DNA of 64,000 bases from Octopus vulgaris (GCA_951406725.2 OX597828.1:13144001-13208000); one strand, 5' to 3'. Shown: positions 36,651-49,821, numbered from the stretch's first letter. Program-made: numbers and translations. Notes: a model not told the origin generated them from the sequence alone.

Positions 36651-37696
36651 AATTCTCAAATTAACATACTTTCAAAGGTTTGTGCCTTGATAAACATTAT
36701 TTTGCATAGTTTTAGTTTGGAAGATCGAGTGATCTTTTCATTATTATTTGTTGTTGTTGTTTTTTAATTATCTACATATTCATATATCCTTAACTTTATG
36801 AAGAAATATTCCTTTTAATTAATGTTGTGAGTGAAAGTTTCGTGGTTGTACTTGTTTGACTAGGGATTTTGAGCTGAGCTCGTGTGTTGAAACTGAAATA
36901 ATTGTATCATGTCTAGAAGCGAGGTTGCCTTTTAAAACAATAATACATTTTTGATATATGTGTAGACAATAAGTAAATAGCACCGCCACAGTAAATTCCT
37001 GAAAATTATTTCCCAGGCTGGAATTTGAATTTAGATTGTAGAGAGAGAGAGAGAAAGACTCGACGCAGTCGAAGATTGAAATAATGAATTTGAGAATGTA
37101 GGGGTTTGCAAGGAACGGTCAGTATAAACTCCTTAATGATGTTAAAACATTTAGAAGGTTGATTAATGAAAAATGTCTTGCGGTATTTAGTCACGGCTTT
37201 CCGTTCTGAGTTCAAGTCTTGCCCAGATCACCTTTGCCTTTCATCCTTTCGGAATCAATAAAGTATCAGTCATGTACTGGGCGTGTAATTGATTGCCTCT
37301 CCTCTTTAAATTGTTGACTTTATGTTTGAATTAGAGACAATTATTTTAATTATTTCAATGGCCAGGGTAGTGGGCGTGGCACTTATACAGCCTCTGAAAC
37401 TGCAATAAGATGAATTCGAACAAGATTACTTACAATTTAATGGAGATATGAATTAGTCAGACATCTCTCAGTTTTATCAAATCTCCTTAGGAAAACAGTT
37501 TGGGTCCATTCTGAGAGATATAAAGAATTGCAGGCATGTATGGCAGTTGAAAAGAATGATCGAGGGAAATTATCCAGGGTTTCCTTCTGAATGAAGAACA
37601 AGTAGTTAATCTAAATAATGCTATATGCTAAAATATTTTAATTAATTAAGGTTACACCCATAGTTTGGAGAAAAAACACACTGACCAATAGCATTA

Positions 37697-38208
37697 CCGT
37701 AAATCCTCGAGTATAGTCCGCCCTTGAGTATAATACGCAGGGGATTTTTAGGGGGCTGTACCTCTGAAAAACCTAAATCGTGTGTATAATACACACCCCT
37801 TCTCTAACTTGGGTCAAGGAGGTCTATATAACGTCCTTGGTTTGTAAAACTGTATATGGTAATGTCCTTTATTATTATTGTATATATAACATAATGCAAA
37901 CGTGTAGCTTTTTTGTGCATTTTGTTTGTAGAAAATAAAGAAATAACAGTAATAACGTTTAATAAATGTTGCTTACTGCAAGTTATGGATGATCCTTTTA
38001 TGACTTCATTGCTTTCAGGCTTAGCTTAAGGTATTTTCGAACCCGACATCACAAAATGCATCTGAATAAACATTGCCTGACAGCAAATAGAGACTCGGAC
38101 ATTGCTTAGAAAATAGTTTTCATTTTTAACCTCGTATATAGTATGCATTAGGGATTTTGACCTTTAAATTTTTGGGGGAAAATGCGGATTATACTCAAGG
38201 ATTTACGG
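37697..38208. mobile_element. pogo/Tc2-type MITE
   Basis: TIRs CCGTAAATCCTCGAGTATAGTCCGC / GCGGATTATACTCAAGGATTTACGG. Confidence 0.8.
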
Positions 38209-40911
38209 TTTATCAGACTGAATTCTTGCCAATGACAAAGTAGCAGGAGTGAGCTTTGCATTGCATAGAAATGTGTCTATTTCATTGGACTGCTGGCCTC
38301 AACCATGTCATAAATACGTTCGTCATCATTTTTATTTCCACCTTTCCATGCTGACATGGCTTAAACAGTTATTTGGGGGGCAGTGCTTTTGTGGCTAGTT
38401 ATTACCTTTCTTAATACCAACCCTTGTAGTTGCTTATGACATGCAGAATACACATGACATGCTATGAGCAAAGACATGCAGAAAACATAGCATTGCCCTG
38501 GTCCCAGGTGAGATGCAATAAGCTCTACTGCATTGGTATGGCCCCAAATTCTCCAGGAAGATTATCTGTGACTAAAACTGCTCTCTGGCTGAACCAGGAA
38601 TGCAAATAACACAGTGGAAGACCAAAGAAGTGGTAACTGGACAGCTTAACCATCAATGTGTGCTCTGAAGGGGTCATGGCTCGTGTAAAATGATGGAGGA
38701 AATGCAAACAAGTTGACCCAGCACTGAAGTGGTAGTAGTAGTAGTAGTAATATGAAGGCATGCGCTGTAACAGTGTGTCACTGCATCCACCATTTATTTG
38801 TTTGTGATTCCCTATTCTTGATGGATGATGCTTTTTGCACTACACAGGCAACAACCTTCCAACCCGTGGGTCCATTTGGGTATTCATTGCTGGTGAGAGT
38901 TTTATGAGGTTGGTGCACAAATCCTACCTCAATCTCTTTTATGACAAACAGAGAAAATGTTGGGTCTATTCTTTGGTATGCCGGTCCCCACACAGCACTA
39001 GAGCAACATGAGAAATTAGGTGTTTTGCTCAAGAACCAATGCACCACCCTGTCCTGGAATCAGACCTATGATCTGGCAATTGTAAGTGTAACACCCTAAC
39101 TACTAAGCCATGTACCTTCATAGTAGAGTGTACAATATTATCTAATGTATTTGTTCTCTTCATAAGACAACAGGATATGACTTGAAGTTGACCTGGTTGT
39201 TGGTACTTTTAACATCAATGTTATTGTTTGGTTTTCATGCAAGTCATGTGTCTTAGTATTCTGCATAGTTCTTCTACTTTTTATACCTTAGTTCACCTAG
39301 CTACCCGGAGTAGCTTCCAAATTATCTAGGATAGACTCACATTTTATCCAGATGGAAATTTGTTTCTTATCTGCCTGATATTATAAACTCCAACCACTCT
39401 GAGTGTGTAGTGGGTGCTTTTTATGTGCCACTTGCACAGGAGCCAGTCAGGTAGCCCTGACATCTATCACTATCCAAACGTGATCGATGCCAGGGCTGCC
39501 TGACTGGCTTCTGTGATCGTGGCATGTAAAAAGCATCCGCTACACTATTGGAGTGGTTGGCATTAGGAAGGGCATCCTGCTGTAGAGACATTGCCAGATC
39601 AGATTGGAGCCTGGTGCAGCCACTGGCTTTCCAGACCTCAGGCAAACCATCCAACCCATGCCAGCATGGAAAACAGATGCTAAACGATGATGATAATGAT
39701 GATGACGGTCAAGTTATGGTTCTTAAAAGCCCTTCAAACATTAGGAGATACTCAAATAACAAGTGTGACAAAATTTACTGTAGCCTCATCACCATCATCA
39801 TCATATAACATCCACTTTCCATGCTGGCATGGGTTAGACGGTTTGACATGAAGGTGGCTAGCTGGGAACTGTCTAGACTCCAGCTTTCTACAGCTGGATA
39901 CCCTTCCTAACGCTAACCACTTAATAGTGTACTCGGTGTTTTTTACATGCTGCTGACATATTTTATTTTATTCTTGTTATATTCATTTTACCTACTAACA
40001 CATAAAATAATGTAAAGACAACAATATGTAAGAACCTCTGTGTGGTTTGTTCATATGCTAGAAAGAGCAGACAAATCTTTCCCCCTACCACTACCATCTT
40101 AAAAAAGTGAAGGACATTGGATAATATAGTCCAAGATCTTCCTACAAAGACTGGATGGTCTGGCTTGTTCTCCTTTTTTCATAAGTCAGTTAGATCAGGG
40201 TTGACCTGGGGCTAAACAGCTACAGGTAAAAAGCTAATATGGTTCATGTTTTTGGATGGGAAGGCTGAATCATTCAGTGTAGTGTAGATTGGCTATAATA
40301 AACACAAGGCTGATGTAGCTGTGTCAGCTTATAATCTCAGAATCAATATCTTCACTACTTTACTTTGACATCAAAGCACTGTATGAATATTCCAGAACAT
40401 GTTGTTATTGTTGCTGATGCTGCTGTTGTTGTTGTTGCTGTTCAGTCTTGATCAACAGTGTAAGGTTCATGACATCTCGACATTTTTCTATGTCAGGTAC
40501 TACTACAATATGCTGTTCCTTTTCCTTTTTGTAAACAGCAGGTTGTGATGGGAGAAAAAATTTGACTGCTATTTCTAGCAGGTCAAGTGACCACATAGAG
40601 GCACCTTTCTTACCTCAGAGCCTGTTAGCATGTCAATCAGTTGAGATGAATGACATCCATCACTTGCAATGTTTTCTTTATATCTGGCATAATAAGAAAA
40701 CAAATAAGGTGGTGAGTTGGCTGCATTGTTAGGGCATTGGGTAAAATGCCTTTGGTATTTGTTCTGCATCTCTGAACTCCAAGTTCAAATGTCACCAAAG
40801 TCATCTTTATGATTTTTCCTTTCAGGGGTCAATAAATAAAGCATCAGTTCAGTCCTGGGGTCAAATCTTCTTTGCCAAGGATCTGTTGGGCTTAAAAATG
40901 CCTGCAACATA

Positions 40912-41301
40912 GGCGTAGGAGTGGTTGTGTGGTAAGTAGCTTGCTTATGAACAACATGGTTCCGGGTTCAGTCCCACTGCGTGGCACCTTGAGTAAGTGT
41001 CTTCTGCTATAGCCTCAGGCCAACCAAAGCCTTGTGAGTGGATTTGGTAGACGGAAACTGAAAGAAGCCTGTCGTATATATGTATATATATATGTGTGTG
41101 TCTGTGTTTGTCCCCCCAACATCGCTTGACAACCGATGCTGGTGTGTTTACGTCCCCGTAATTTAGTGGTTCGGCAAAAGAGACCGATAGAATAAGTACT
41201 AGGCTTACAAAGAATAAGTCCTGGGGTCGAGTTGCTCGATTAAAGGCGGTGCTCCAGCATGGACGCAGTCAAATGGCTGAAACAAGTAAAAGAGTAAGAG
41301 T
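40912..41301 (+). mobile_element. SINE family A, well-preserved reference copy
   Basis: Pol III A/B boxes, CORE-like box, internal TA/TG microsatellite, (GTAAAAGA)-type tail, possible TSD AACATA. Confidence 0.9.
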
Positions 41302-41945
41302 AACATATATGTCAGGACAGTGGTCCTACAGCTTTATCAGAAGTTGAGAACCCACCACCACTATGACCATCATCATTTAATGTCCACTTTTTCCATGCTT
41401 GTATAGGTCTGATGGGATTTGTTGAGGCAGATTTTCTACAGCTGAATATATTTCCTGTCACCAGTCTTCACCTGTCTCTAAGCAAGGTAATATTTCCCTT
41501 TGGCCAGGCATGTTTTTTTAGTGACACAATGGAAATGAAGAACCTCACTTGTACAACAAGGATTCTCCTTTACAACCATCTCACAATGTCTTGTCAAGAG
41601 TACACACAAATACATATACAGCAGAATTCTTTCAGTTTCTAACAAATCCACTCACAAGGCTTTGGTCAGTCTACCAAAGATGCCATGCCATGAGATTGTA
41701 CCTACAACCACTTGGCTGGGAAGCAAGCTTCTCAGCCACACAATCACACTTGTGCCTGAAAAAAGATTAAAAAAGAAAACACTTAAAAACTCTAAACTAA
41801 AAACTGGTGGCCTTGAAAGAAGTTAACTGGCATTTTTTATTCATTTTTTTAATTCCTAACATGAAGACAATGTCACAAATTGACCCCAGTACTTAACAGA
41901 TGCTTATCAATCCCCAAAGAATGAAAAGAAAAGCTTGCTCTAGTG

Positions 41946-42314
41946 CAGGGATCAAGGAAATTTTTAATCAATTACCCCAAAATATATTTATTTATGCTGA
42001 CATTACCCCTTTGATCTGAAATTAAGAAAACCATAGATTCTTTGAATTCAAAAGGTTTATTGAATATGTTAATATGGAGAATAGAATTATAAATCTAAAA
42101 CGTATAAAACAAATGGGATAAAATATGGTATAACATCTCCTAACCATGTCCATTACGTTGGACAAAGGCATTATTGCCAGAAGAAAAATTTCTGTTGTCA
42201 CAAGGAACATATTTGTTTTATATAATTTTACTTATATCTAATAAGTCCTCATTACCCACACGAATTTCATTTTTACCCCACTTGGGATAATTTACCCTGG
42301 TTCGCTGACCCCTG
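41946..42314. mobile_element. hAT-type MITE
   Basis: Ends CAGGGATCA / TGACCCCTG with imperfect 8-bp TSD CTCTAGTG / CTCTGATG. Confidence 0.7.
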
Positions 42315-43244
42315 CTCTGATGGTATTTGAAGTCAGAACAAAGATGCATTGCTAAATACCATATGGTATTATAGCCACTGTTCTACCAATCCTGACAATC
42401 CACAATACCCAGTCTTCAGTGAAATAACATTGCTAATGATATATTTCTGATCATAATTATCATTGGATATGTTATTTAATCTCCTTCAACTGGTTGAGTC
42501 GTAGGGAAACTCTCATGTTAAACAGTGTATCTTGAGTATTTTAACCCTTTATTGTTTAAACTGCCCATATTCAGGTCAAATATTCTACTTGGCCGTGCCC
42601 AGCCTCTCACATCTACCTTACAATCATCATCATCATTATTTAACATCCGCCTTCCATACTAGCATGGGTTGGACAGTTTGACAGGAGCTAGCCAGGTCAA
42701 AGACTACACTAGGTTTCTGTGTCTGTTTTGACATGGTTTTTAGAGCTGGATGCCCTTCCTAACACCAACCACCTTGCATCAGTGGCACCAGCACAAGCAA
42801 GGTTAGTTTTGGCATGGTTTTTACAGCCAGATGACCTTCTAAATGCCAACCACCTTACACTGTGGACTGGATGCTTTTTATGTGGCACCAGCATTGTAAA
42901 AATAAACAATCATTTCAATGAAATCTCTGAAGCTATGAGAGAATTCATGATTAATTCAAAACAATGTGAATAAATAAGCATTCCATTTCACAGAGTAACC
43001 CAATTGCTAAATGGTCAAATATGGCAGAAGTCATCCCTTGCCATGTCTGAGCAGTAAGAGAAGAAGAATCAAACCTTGTACTGGACTGGTATTTTATTTA
43101 TGAACTCTAAAAGAGTGAAAGACAAAGTTGGCATCAGCAGGATTTGAACACAGAATAACGAAACAAATACTGCAAAGCTTTCTATTCAATGCTCTAACAA
43201 TGCTGCCATCTCAGTATTTGATCACCAACACATGAATCATGAAC

Positions 43245-43692
43245 CCACATGTGTGTATGGATAAGGGCAGCTGCATAAAGAAGTGCCAAGCTCTAAATGT
43301 GGAGGGTACCTGTGGAAGGGGTAGAGCCAGGAATACGTGAGACAAAGTGGTGAGAAAGGATCTCCAAATGCTGGACCTCACTGAGGAAATGACAAGAGAC
43401 CGGGAGATGTGGCAATTTGCTGTACTTGATAAGATATGTCTAGCTAAATAAAAACACTGCCTTACACTCATACAGGCTTGTCTTTCAAAAAGCACCCATG
43501 CTGGTGCACCATAAATACACTCATGCTGGTGGAACATAAAAGGCACCCAGCATACTCTGTTAAGTGGCTGGCATTAGGAAGAGCATCCAGCCATAGAAAG
43601 CCTGCCACAGTAGACAGAGTCTGGGCAGCTCCGTGTCAAACTGTGTAACCCATGCCGGCATGGAGAGTGGACATTAAATGATGATGATGATG
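43245..43692 (+). mobile_element. Older RTE LINE 3' end
   Basis: Degenerate KKCQALNVEGTCGRGRARNT* RT C-terminus followed by the standard tail. Confidence 0.75.
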
Positions 43693-43715
43693 TGTGTTTC
43701 TGAGCAAAACATTTA

Positions 43716-44240
43716 TAATAATAATGAAATTATTGTATACAGTGCTCAGGTGCACCACAACTTGTCAAAAGTGCATATAAAGCATATGCAGTAATGTACA
43801 AATGTCTCGGAAGCAAACAGTGTATGAGTCAGATACATGCTTGCATGTGTATGGAGGGGAGAAAATCAGGTGTAGTGTTGGCGAATCTCAGGAAGCATGG
43901 AAGTTTTGAAGGATGCAGTGCTCCGACAACTAACAACTGATGCCAGCAGTTTGTTCCATGCTTCAGCAACTCTTAGCATGAAAAAATGTTTCCGAAAGTC
44001 ATAGGAGCTGTGCTGTTTTCTGACTTTGTAAACATGTCCACGGGTGTTAGACAGGTGGAGTTTGAAAAGGTGCTCAGAGTTATTGTTAGTAAGATGGTTA
44101 ATAATTTTATGGGTGTCTGTCAAGCCAGCTGCCAGACGTCGGAGTTTCAATGTATCCATGCCCAGGGAAGTAAGGCATTCAGAATATAGCAAATGCCTGA
44201 TGGAGGGTATTTCTTGGTTGCACATCGCTGCACCATAGCT
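43716..44240 (-). mobile_element. CR1/L2-type LINE 3' fragment
   Basis: ORF 43866-44225: LGMDTLKLRRL...NTRGHVYKV...RKHFFMLRVAEAWNKL, a CR1-clade RT C-terminus. Confidence 0.9.
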
Positions 44241-44274
44241 ATATAAAGTCTTTTATTTCACATTTGCTTATCTG

Positions 44275-44460
44275 TGCTGGTGCCACGTAAAAAGTGGATG
44301 TGCAGGTGCCACTTAAAAAGCACCCTTGCTAGTACCGTTTAAAAAGCAACTCTGCTGGTGCCATGTAAAAAGCACCCATGCTGATGCCATATATAAAGCA
44401 CCCATGCCTTATACCACATATAAAGTACAGATGCTGTTGCCTTCTAAAAAGCACCCAGTA
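44275..44460 (+). repeat. ~26-bp minisatellite (about 7 degenerate units) leading into an RTE tail
   Basis: Units like TGCTGGTGCCATGTAAAAAGCACCCA. Confidence 0.8.
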
Positions 44461-45936
44461 CACTCTGTAAAGTAGTTGGCATTAGGAAGAGCCTCCAACT
44501 GTAGAAACCATGCCAAAACAGACAATTGGAGTCTGGCGCAGCTCCACAGCTTGCCAGCTCCCGTCAAACTCTCCTAGCCATTGCCAGCATGGAAAACAAA
44601 TTTTATATTTTTTTTGTAATGACACTCATCAGGAGGAAGATGCAATGGCTATCGCGTTTGCAGGCTTTTGAAGACTGCTGAGATTGATTTGGTAATGTTC
44701 AGCTTTAACTTCTCAATGTGAATGTCTGTGGGTAGAAAGAATATCAGAAGTGAAGAAAGAAAAGAATTCCTGAGGAGGAAGGCTTGAAAACAGAGGGTGG
44801 TGGTGTTAATAGGCAGTGTTGTCTTAAGGCATGGGTTCACTGGGTGCTTCACTGGTTTTGGGGTCCAATTCAAATCTACCTATGCTGTGATTTGCAGTCA
44901 ATAAATAAATACCATAGAACCAATGGAACTGATTTACCCAGGGATCAATAATACTGTTAAGACAACCCTCGTAGTGATGGGAATGTTACCTAACTATCTG
45001 GGAAGTGGTTCTCTATCAATTTGTTTTTTATAGTGTACAAGAGATTTAAAAGTCAATTACTAGTGCATTTTGCATGGAACATCAAAAGTTATTGGCACAC
45101 TTTGCATGAAAAGTTTAAAATTACAGCACACTTACCATGAAAAATTTTTTATTTACTGCACATTTTGCAAAGATCCAACATATTCTCTTACAGCTGTTTC
45201 AATTAAGCCTAAATCATTATATTAAGCAAAATCTCATCTGAGGGGCAGAAAAAAGATATTCCATTAGGTTATTAGGTGTTGTGTTTTCGATATAAATTAT
45301 GATTTATATATAGACCTATTATTATTATTCACAATATTAGGTAATGAACCATTAATGAGGCTAATTTAACTTCTAATTGATTGAGTATATATATGTAGGT
45401 GCAAGCGTAGCTGTGTAGTAAGAAACTTGCTTCCAACCACATGATTCTGGGTTCATTCCCACTGCACAGCACCTTGGGCAGATGTCTTCTACTGTAGTCT
45501 CAGGCTGATCAAAGCCTTGTGATTGGATTTGGTAGATGAACTGAGAGAAGCCCATTGTGTGTGTATGTATGTATATATACACACACACACACGCGTGTAC
45601 ATATCTATGTGTCTGTCTTTGTCCCCACTCCATTGCTTGTCAACTGATATTGGTGTGTTTACGTCCCTGTAACTTAGTTCGGCAACAGAGCCTGATAGAA
45701 TAGGTGCAAGGCTTACAAAGAATAAGTCCTGGGGTCAATTTCTTCGACAAAAAGGTGGTGCTCCAGCATGGCTGTAATCAAATGATTGAAAGAAGTAAAA
45801 GAATATACCAAAACAAAGAGTTACTAATGAGGGATTACTTTATAAGCTCTCTGTTAACACACCAGGCTCAGAAACAGCTGTAAGTCAAATTTTACTACAA
45901 TAAAGAAATATGTAATGACCATAATTTATGCCTTGT

Positions 45937-45974
<38 letters not shown>

Positions 45975-46071
45975 CGGGAAGCTTTATGAAAATAGACAAA
46001 AGACGAAGGCAGGTGGAAAACAAACAAACAATTGTATTAGTATGGCGCTCAGGAAATATAAATAAAACAAG

Positions 46072-46109
46072 TCTTTAACGTTTCGAGCCTACGCTCTTCA
46101 ACAGAAAGA
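46072..46109 (-). ncRNA. Minimal hammerhead ribozyme-like motif (variant core CUGUUGA)
   Basis: TCTTT-CTGTTGA-a-GAGCgtagGCTC-GAAACGTT-AAAGA on the reverse strand. Confidence 0.65.
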
Positions 46110-46644
46110 TACACAGAGAGAAAAAAAACACAGAAAGAAGGAGATATATATATATATATATATAAGGGGATACTGAAAAGTTCCTGGCTTTGATAAAAGA
46201 AAATACAGGAGGAACCTGTATATTCCCCTCTCAGATTCACACACACTTATTGCAGCTGTCCTTCAGTTTTTCTAGGCCCTGTAAAAGAACTCGGGAGGTT
46301 CGGCCCCCAAGCAAACCTTTCATGATGCCCTTAAAACCAGGGACTTTTCAGTACACCTCATATGTGTGTGTGTTTGTGTGTCCCCTTGTCCTGACATCAT
46401 GTGATGGTTGTTAACAAGTGTCACCATCGTACAAGCAGTATTTTTTGTTTCCAGTCTTCCATGTAAAAATGTATCTGACTGTGGGAAAATAATACTTTGC
46501 TTGGAAATAAATGAGGGTTAGCAACAAGTGGGTCATCCAGGTGTAGAAAAGCCTGTCATGAATTTTGTCCTGTCCATGCAAGCATAGGAAAGCAATCATT
46601 AAAACAATAATTACGTGTGTGTGTGTGTTGGTTGATGCCAGGTC

Positions 46645-47103
46645 TGCCTGACAAGCTCCCATGCTGGTGGTACGTAGAAAACACCATCCAAACATAGCTG
46701 ATGCGAGTAATCCCAGACTGGCTCTTGTGCTGGTGGCACGTAAAAAGCACCTTCCAAATGTGGCCAATGTCAGTGCCCCTTGACTGGCTCCTGTGCCAGT
46801 GGCACATAAAAAGCACCATCCGAACATGGCCGATGCCAGTATTCCTTGGCTGGCCCCCATGCTGGTGGCACATAAAAAGCACTATCTGGACATGATCAAT
46901 GTGAAGCCCACCTGACAGGCTCCTGTGCTGATGGCTCATAAAAAACACCCACTACACTCTCGGAGTGGTTGGTGTTAAGAAGTGCATCCAGCTATAGAAA
47001 CATTGACAGATCAGATTGGCACCTGGTGCAGCTGTTTGCCCTCCAGACCTCAGACAAACTGTCCAACTCATGCCAGCATGGGAAATGGACGCTAAACGAT
47101 GAT
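46645..47103 (+). mobile_element. RTE LINE 3' tail with ~65-bp tandem units
   Basis: About five GTGGCACRTAAAAAGCACC anchors followed by the standard tail. Confidence 0.8.
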
Positions 47104-47181
47104 TATATATGTCAATTTAAATGCACAAATGAAAGAGCTACTAATAATTTCATTATGTGTTATATATATATATATATATAC

Positions 47182-47457
47182 ATAAATAAATAGATGGAGT
47201 TAAACGCAGGTGTTATTCAAATTCTTTTCCTTATGACATGTTATATAATAGCATTCAGTTAATCACTATTCATATCCATCATTTTCTGTTAAAATGTCTT
47301 ATTGATGAGTTTCATTTTTTCATTTTCCTGAAGAGAAGATTACATTGTTTTATACCATTTTATTCCTTTGGAATAATACCAGTGATATCTTCGAAACATA
47401 TGTGAGAAGTAAAAGAACTTGAATAACACCTGCGTTTAACTCCATATATTTATTTAT
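47182..47457. mobile_element. (TA)n-flanked element with ~48-bp terminal inverted repeats and a degenerate hammerhead (47322-47408, +)
   Basis: ATGGAGTTAAACGCAGGTGTTATTCAA / TTGAATAACACCTGCGTTTAACTCCAT; CTGAAGA-GAAGAT...ATCTTC-GAAACATATGT. Confidence 0.7.
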
Positions 47458-47680
47458 ATATATATATTATACAAAATATTTCATGTAAAACCGAAGTTTC
47501 TACCTTTTTACTTGTGTGATTGTTTTTGCGATCCTGGTAAACTATTTATATACTTTTTCTGTGTTAATTGTTAACAAGGGAAAAATATACATATCTATTT
47601 ATATATAATATGACCATGTGTGTACCGTTGGCGATATTTTTTCCTCCGTCTTCCCTTCTCTGGATCTTTCCTTTTCCTAT

Positions 47681-47715
47681 GTTTCTGATGAAGAGCTCCG
47701 CTCGAAACGTAAAAC
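47681..47715 (+). ncRNA. Minimal type-I hammerhead ribozyme motif with intact core
   Basis: GTTT-CTGATGA-a-GAGCtccGCTC-GAAACGTA-AAAC: stem I GTTT/AAAC, stem II GAGC/GCTC, palindromic ACGT in place of stem III, GUA triplet. Confidence 0.75.
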
Positions 47716-48034
47716 CCTCCTTCCCTTCCTTCCTGAGCGTCCAATAATACTATATTTGTTCCACGTCCTCGCATTGTTGTGTTTTCATGTTTGGATTAAC
47801 TTTATATATATATATATATGTATGTATATAATGCATAAACAGAGCCTGAAAGATTTTTTGAAGGTACATGGAGTATTTTATAAATATGCCTGTTCAAGTG
47901 TCAAAGAAGCATGAAAATATTAGTAGCTTTTTCAGTTCTGTATTTAAATTACTATTTACTTCTCACTGGATAGAATACATTTTTTATTGATTCTACCTAC
48001 ACTGATTCTTTAAATTATGTCTATACATATATAG

Positions 48035-48555
48035 AAACTGTTCAGCAACATGTAACCAAGAGAATCCCCTCCATAAGGCATTTGCCATATTCTGAACGCC
48101 TTACTTCCCTTGGCATGGATACATTGAAACTCCGACGTCTGGCAGCTGACTTGGCAGACACCCATAAAATTATTAACGATCTTACTAACAATAACTCTGA
48201 GCACCTTTTCAAACTCCACCTGTCTAACACCCGTGGACATGTTTAAAAAAATCAGAAAACAGCACAGCTCCCATGACTTTCAGAAACATTTTTTCATGCT
48301 AAGAGTTGCTGAAGTATGGAACAAACTGCTAGCATCAGTTGTTAGTTGTCGGAGCACTGCATCCTTCAAAACTTCCATGCTTCCTGAGATTCGCCAACAC
48401 TACACCTGATTTTCTTCCCTCCATACACACGCAAGCATGTATCTGACTCATGCACTGTTCACTTCCCAGACATTTGTACATTACTGCATATGCTTTATAT
48501 GCACTTTTTGTGGTGCATCTGAGCACTGTATACAATAATTTCATCATTATTATTA
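48035..48555 (+). mobile_element. CR1/L2-type LINE 3' fragment
   Basis: Reverse-complement relative of 43716-44240. Confidence 0.9.
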
Positions 48556-48813
48556 TATACATATATCATCATCATCATCATCATCATTTAGCGTCTGTTT
48601 TCCATGCTAGCATGGGTTGGACGGTTCAACTGGGGTCTATGAAGCCGGAAGGCTGCATCAGGCCCAGTCAGATCTGGCAGTGTTTCTATGGCTGGATGCC
48701 CTATATATCACATGACTGACCAGGCTATCAGATGTTGCTACACATCGCTAGTCACAATGCGCTCACATTGTTTTAGCCTTCAAATGACGCCACCTCACTG
48801 GCTAAGCAAGCAG

Positions 48814-48857
<44 letters not shown>

Positions 48858-48865
<8 letters not shown>

Positions 48866-49778
48866 TTCACCGTTAATGCTTCTGTATTTCTTGTTTCTGT
48901 ATTCCATTATTTTTTTTTATTTTTTTATTTTTTTTTTTTATATTCGTCCCTTTTGCTGTCCTGGTGTCCGTATGCATTCGATCCTTCTTCCAGGAAATCT
49001 ACGCTCCCAGCTTAGTTTTTCTAATACTCGTTGCTTAGTTTTTCTTGGAGGGCTGGCCGTGATCTAGTAATCTCAAGATTAATCAGCCGAAATTACTACG
49101 ATGATCCGGTTCTTGACTGAAGACTGAGGGTTTCGAATGTCCTGTCCGTGTTTATTGTATCGTCTTCTAAGAGTTATACGTTCTTGTCCATGTTGTATTT
49201 TTCTACATACCTTAACATATATTCCAGGCGCCACGTACCCTCTTAACATTAATGTGAGCACATATTCTTAATAACTGGTACGACTCTTTGTTTGTCTCTC
49301 TCTCTCTCTCTCTTTTACTTGATCTGTCCCCTTCTCTCTCTACTCATCCTCTTTTTCTCTTCTCTTTCCTCTGATTCTTTGGTCTAATCTTCCACTACCC
49401 TCCTAATTCTTTGTCTCGCTCTGCACTCACAGGTCAATCTTCGACACCCATCCCTTCTCCTCTCTGATTCCTTCTTTCTCTCTCTTCTCTCTCTTTGTTG
49501 CGTTTGTCCCTCCTCTCTCTCTCTTCTCTCTCTCTCTTCCGCTGCTTCTCTTTCTTTTCTTTTCTCTCTCCTCTGTCACGTGACTGCTGGCCGAAATCTG
49601 CCTTTCAGCTTCTGACCAGCGTCGTGTTAACATCGTTGTTTTTCGTCCGCCGCTATAGGCATCGCCGATAAGGCTCCTTTCCTTGCGCCAGAGAAAAAAT
49701 TTGTTTGCTTGTTATCAGTCGTAAGACACTTGTTGTTGTTTTCACCGTTAATGCTTCTGTATTTCTTGTTTCTGCATT

Positions 49779-49821
<43 letters not shown>

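Noticed and set aside
37491-37590. Possible upstream AGBL2-like exon
   Set aside because: An acceptor-like site exists but there is no clear donor or homology; cannot be supported without RNA data.
46660-46950. CRISPR-like repeat-spacer array
   Set aside because: Spacers are homologous to each other, the array is part of an RTE 3' UTR found many times, the context is eukaryotic and no cas genes are present.
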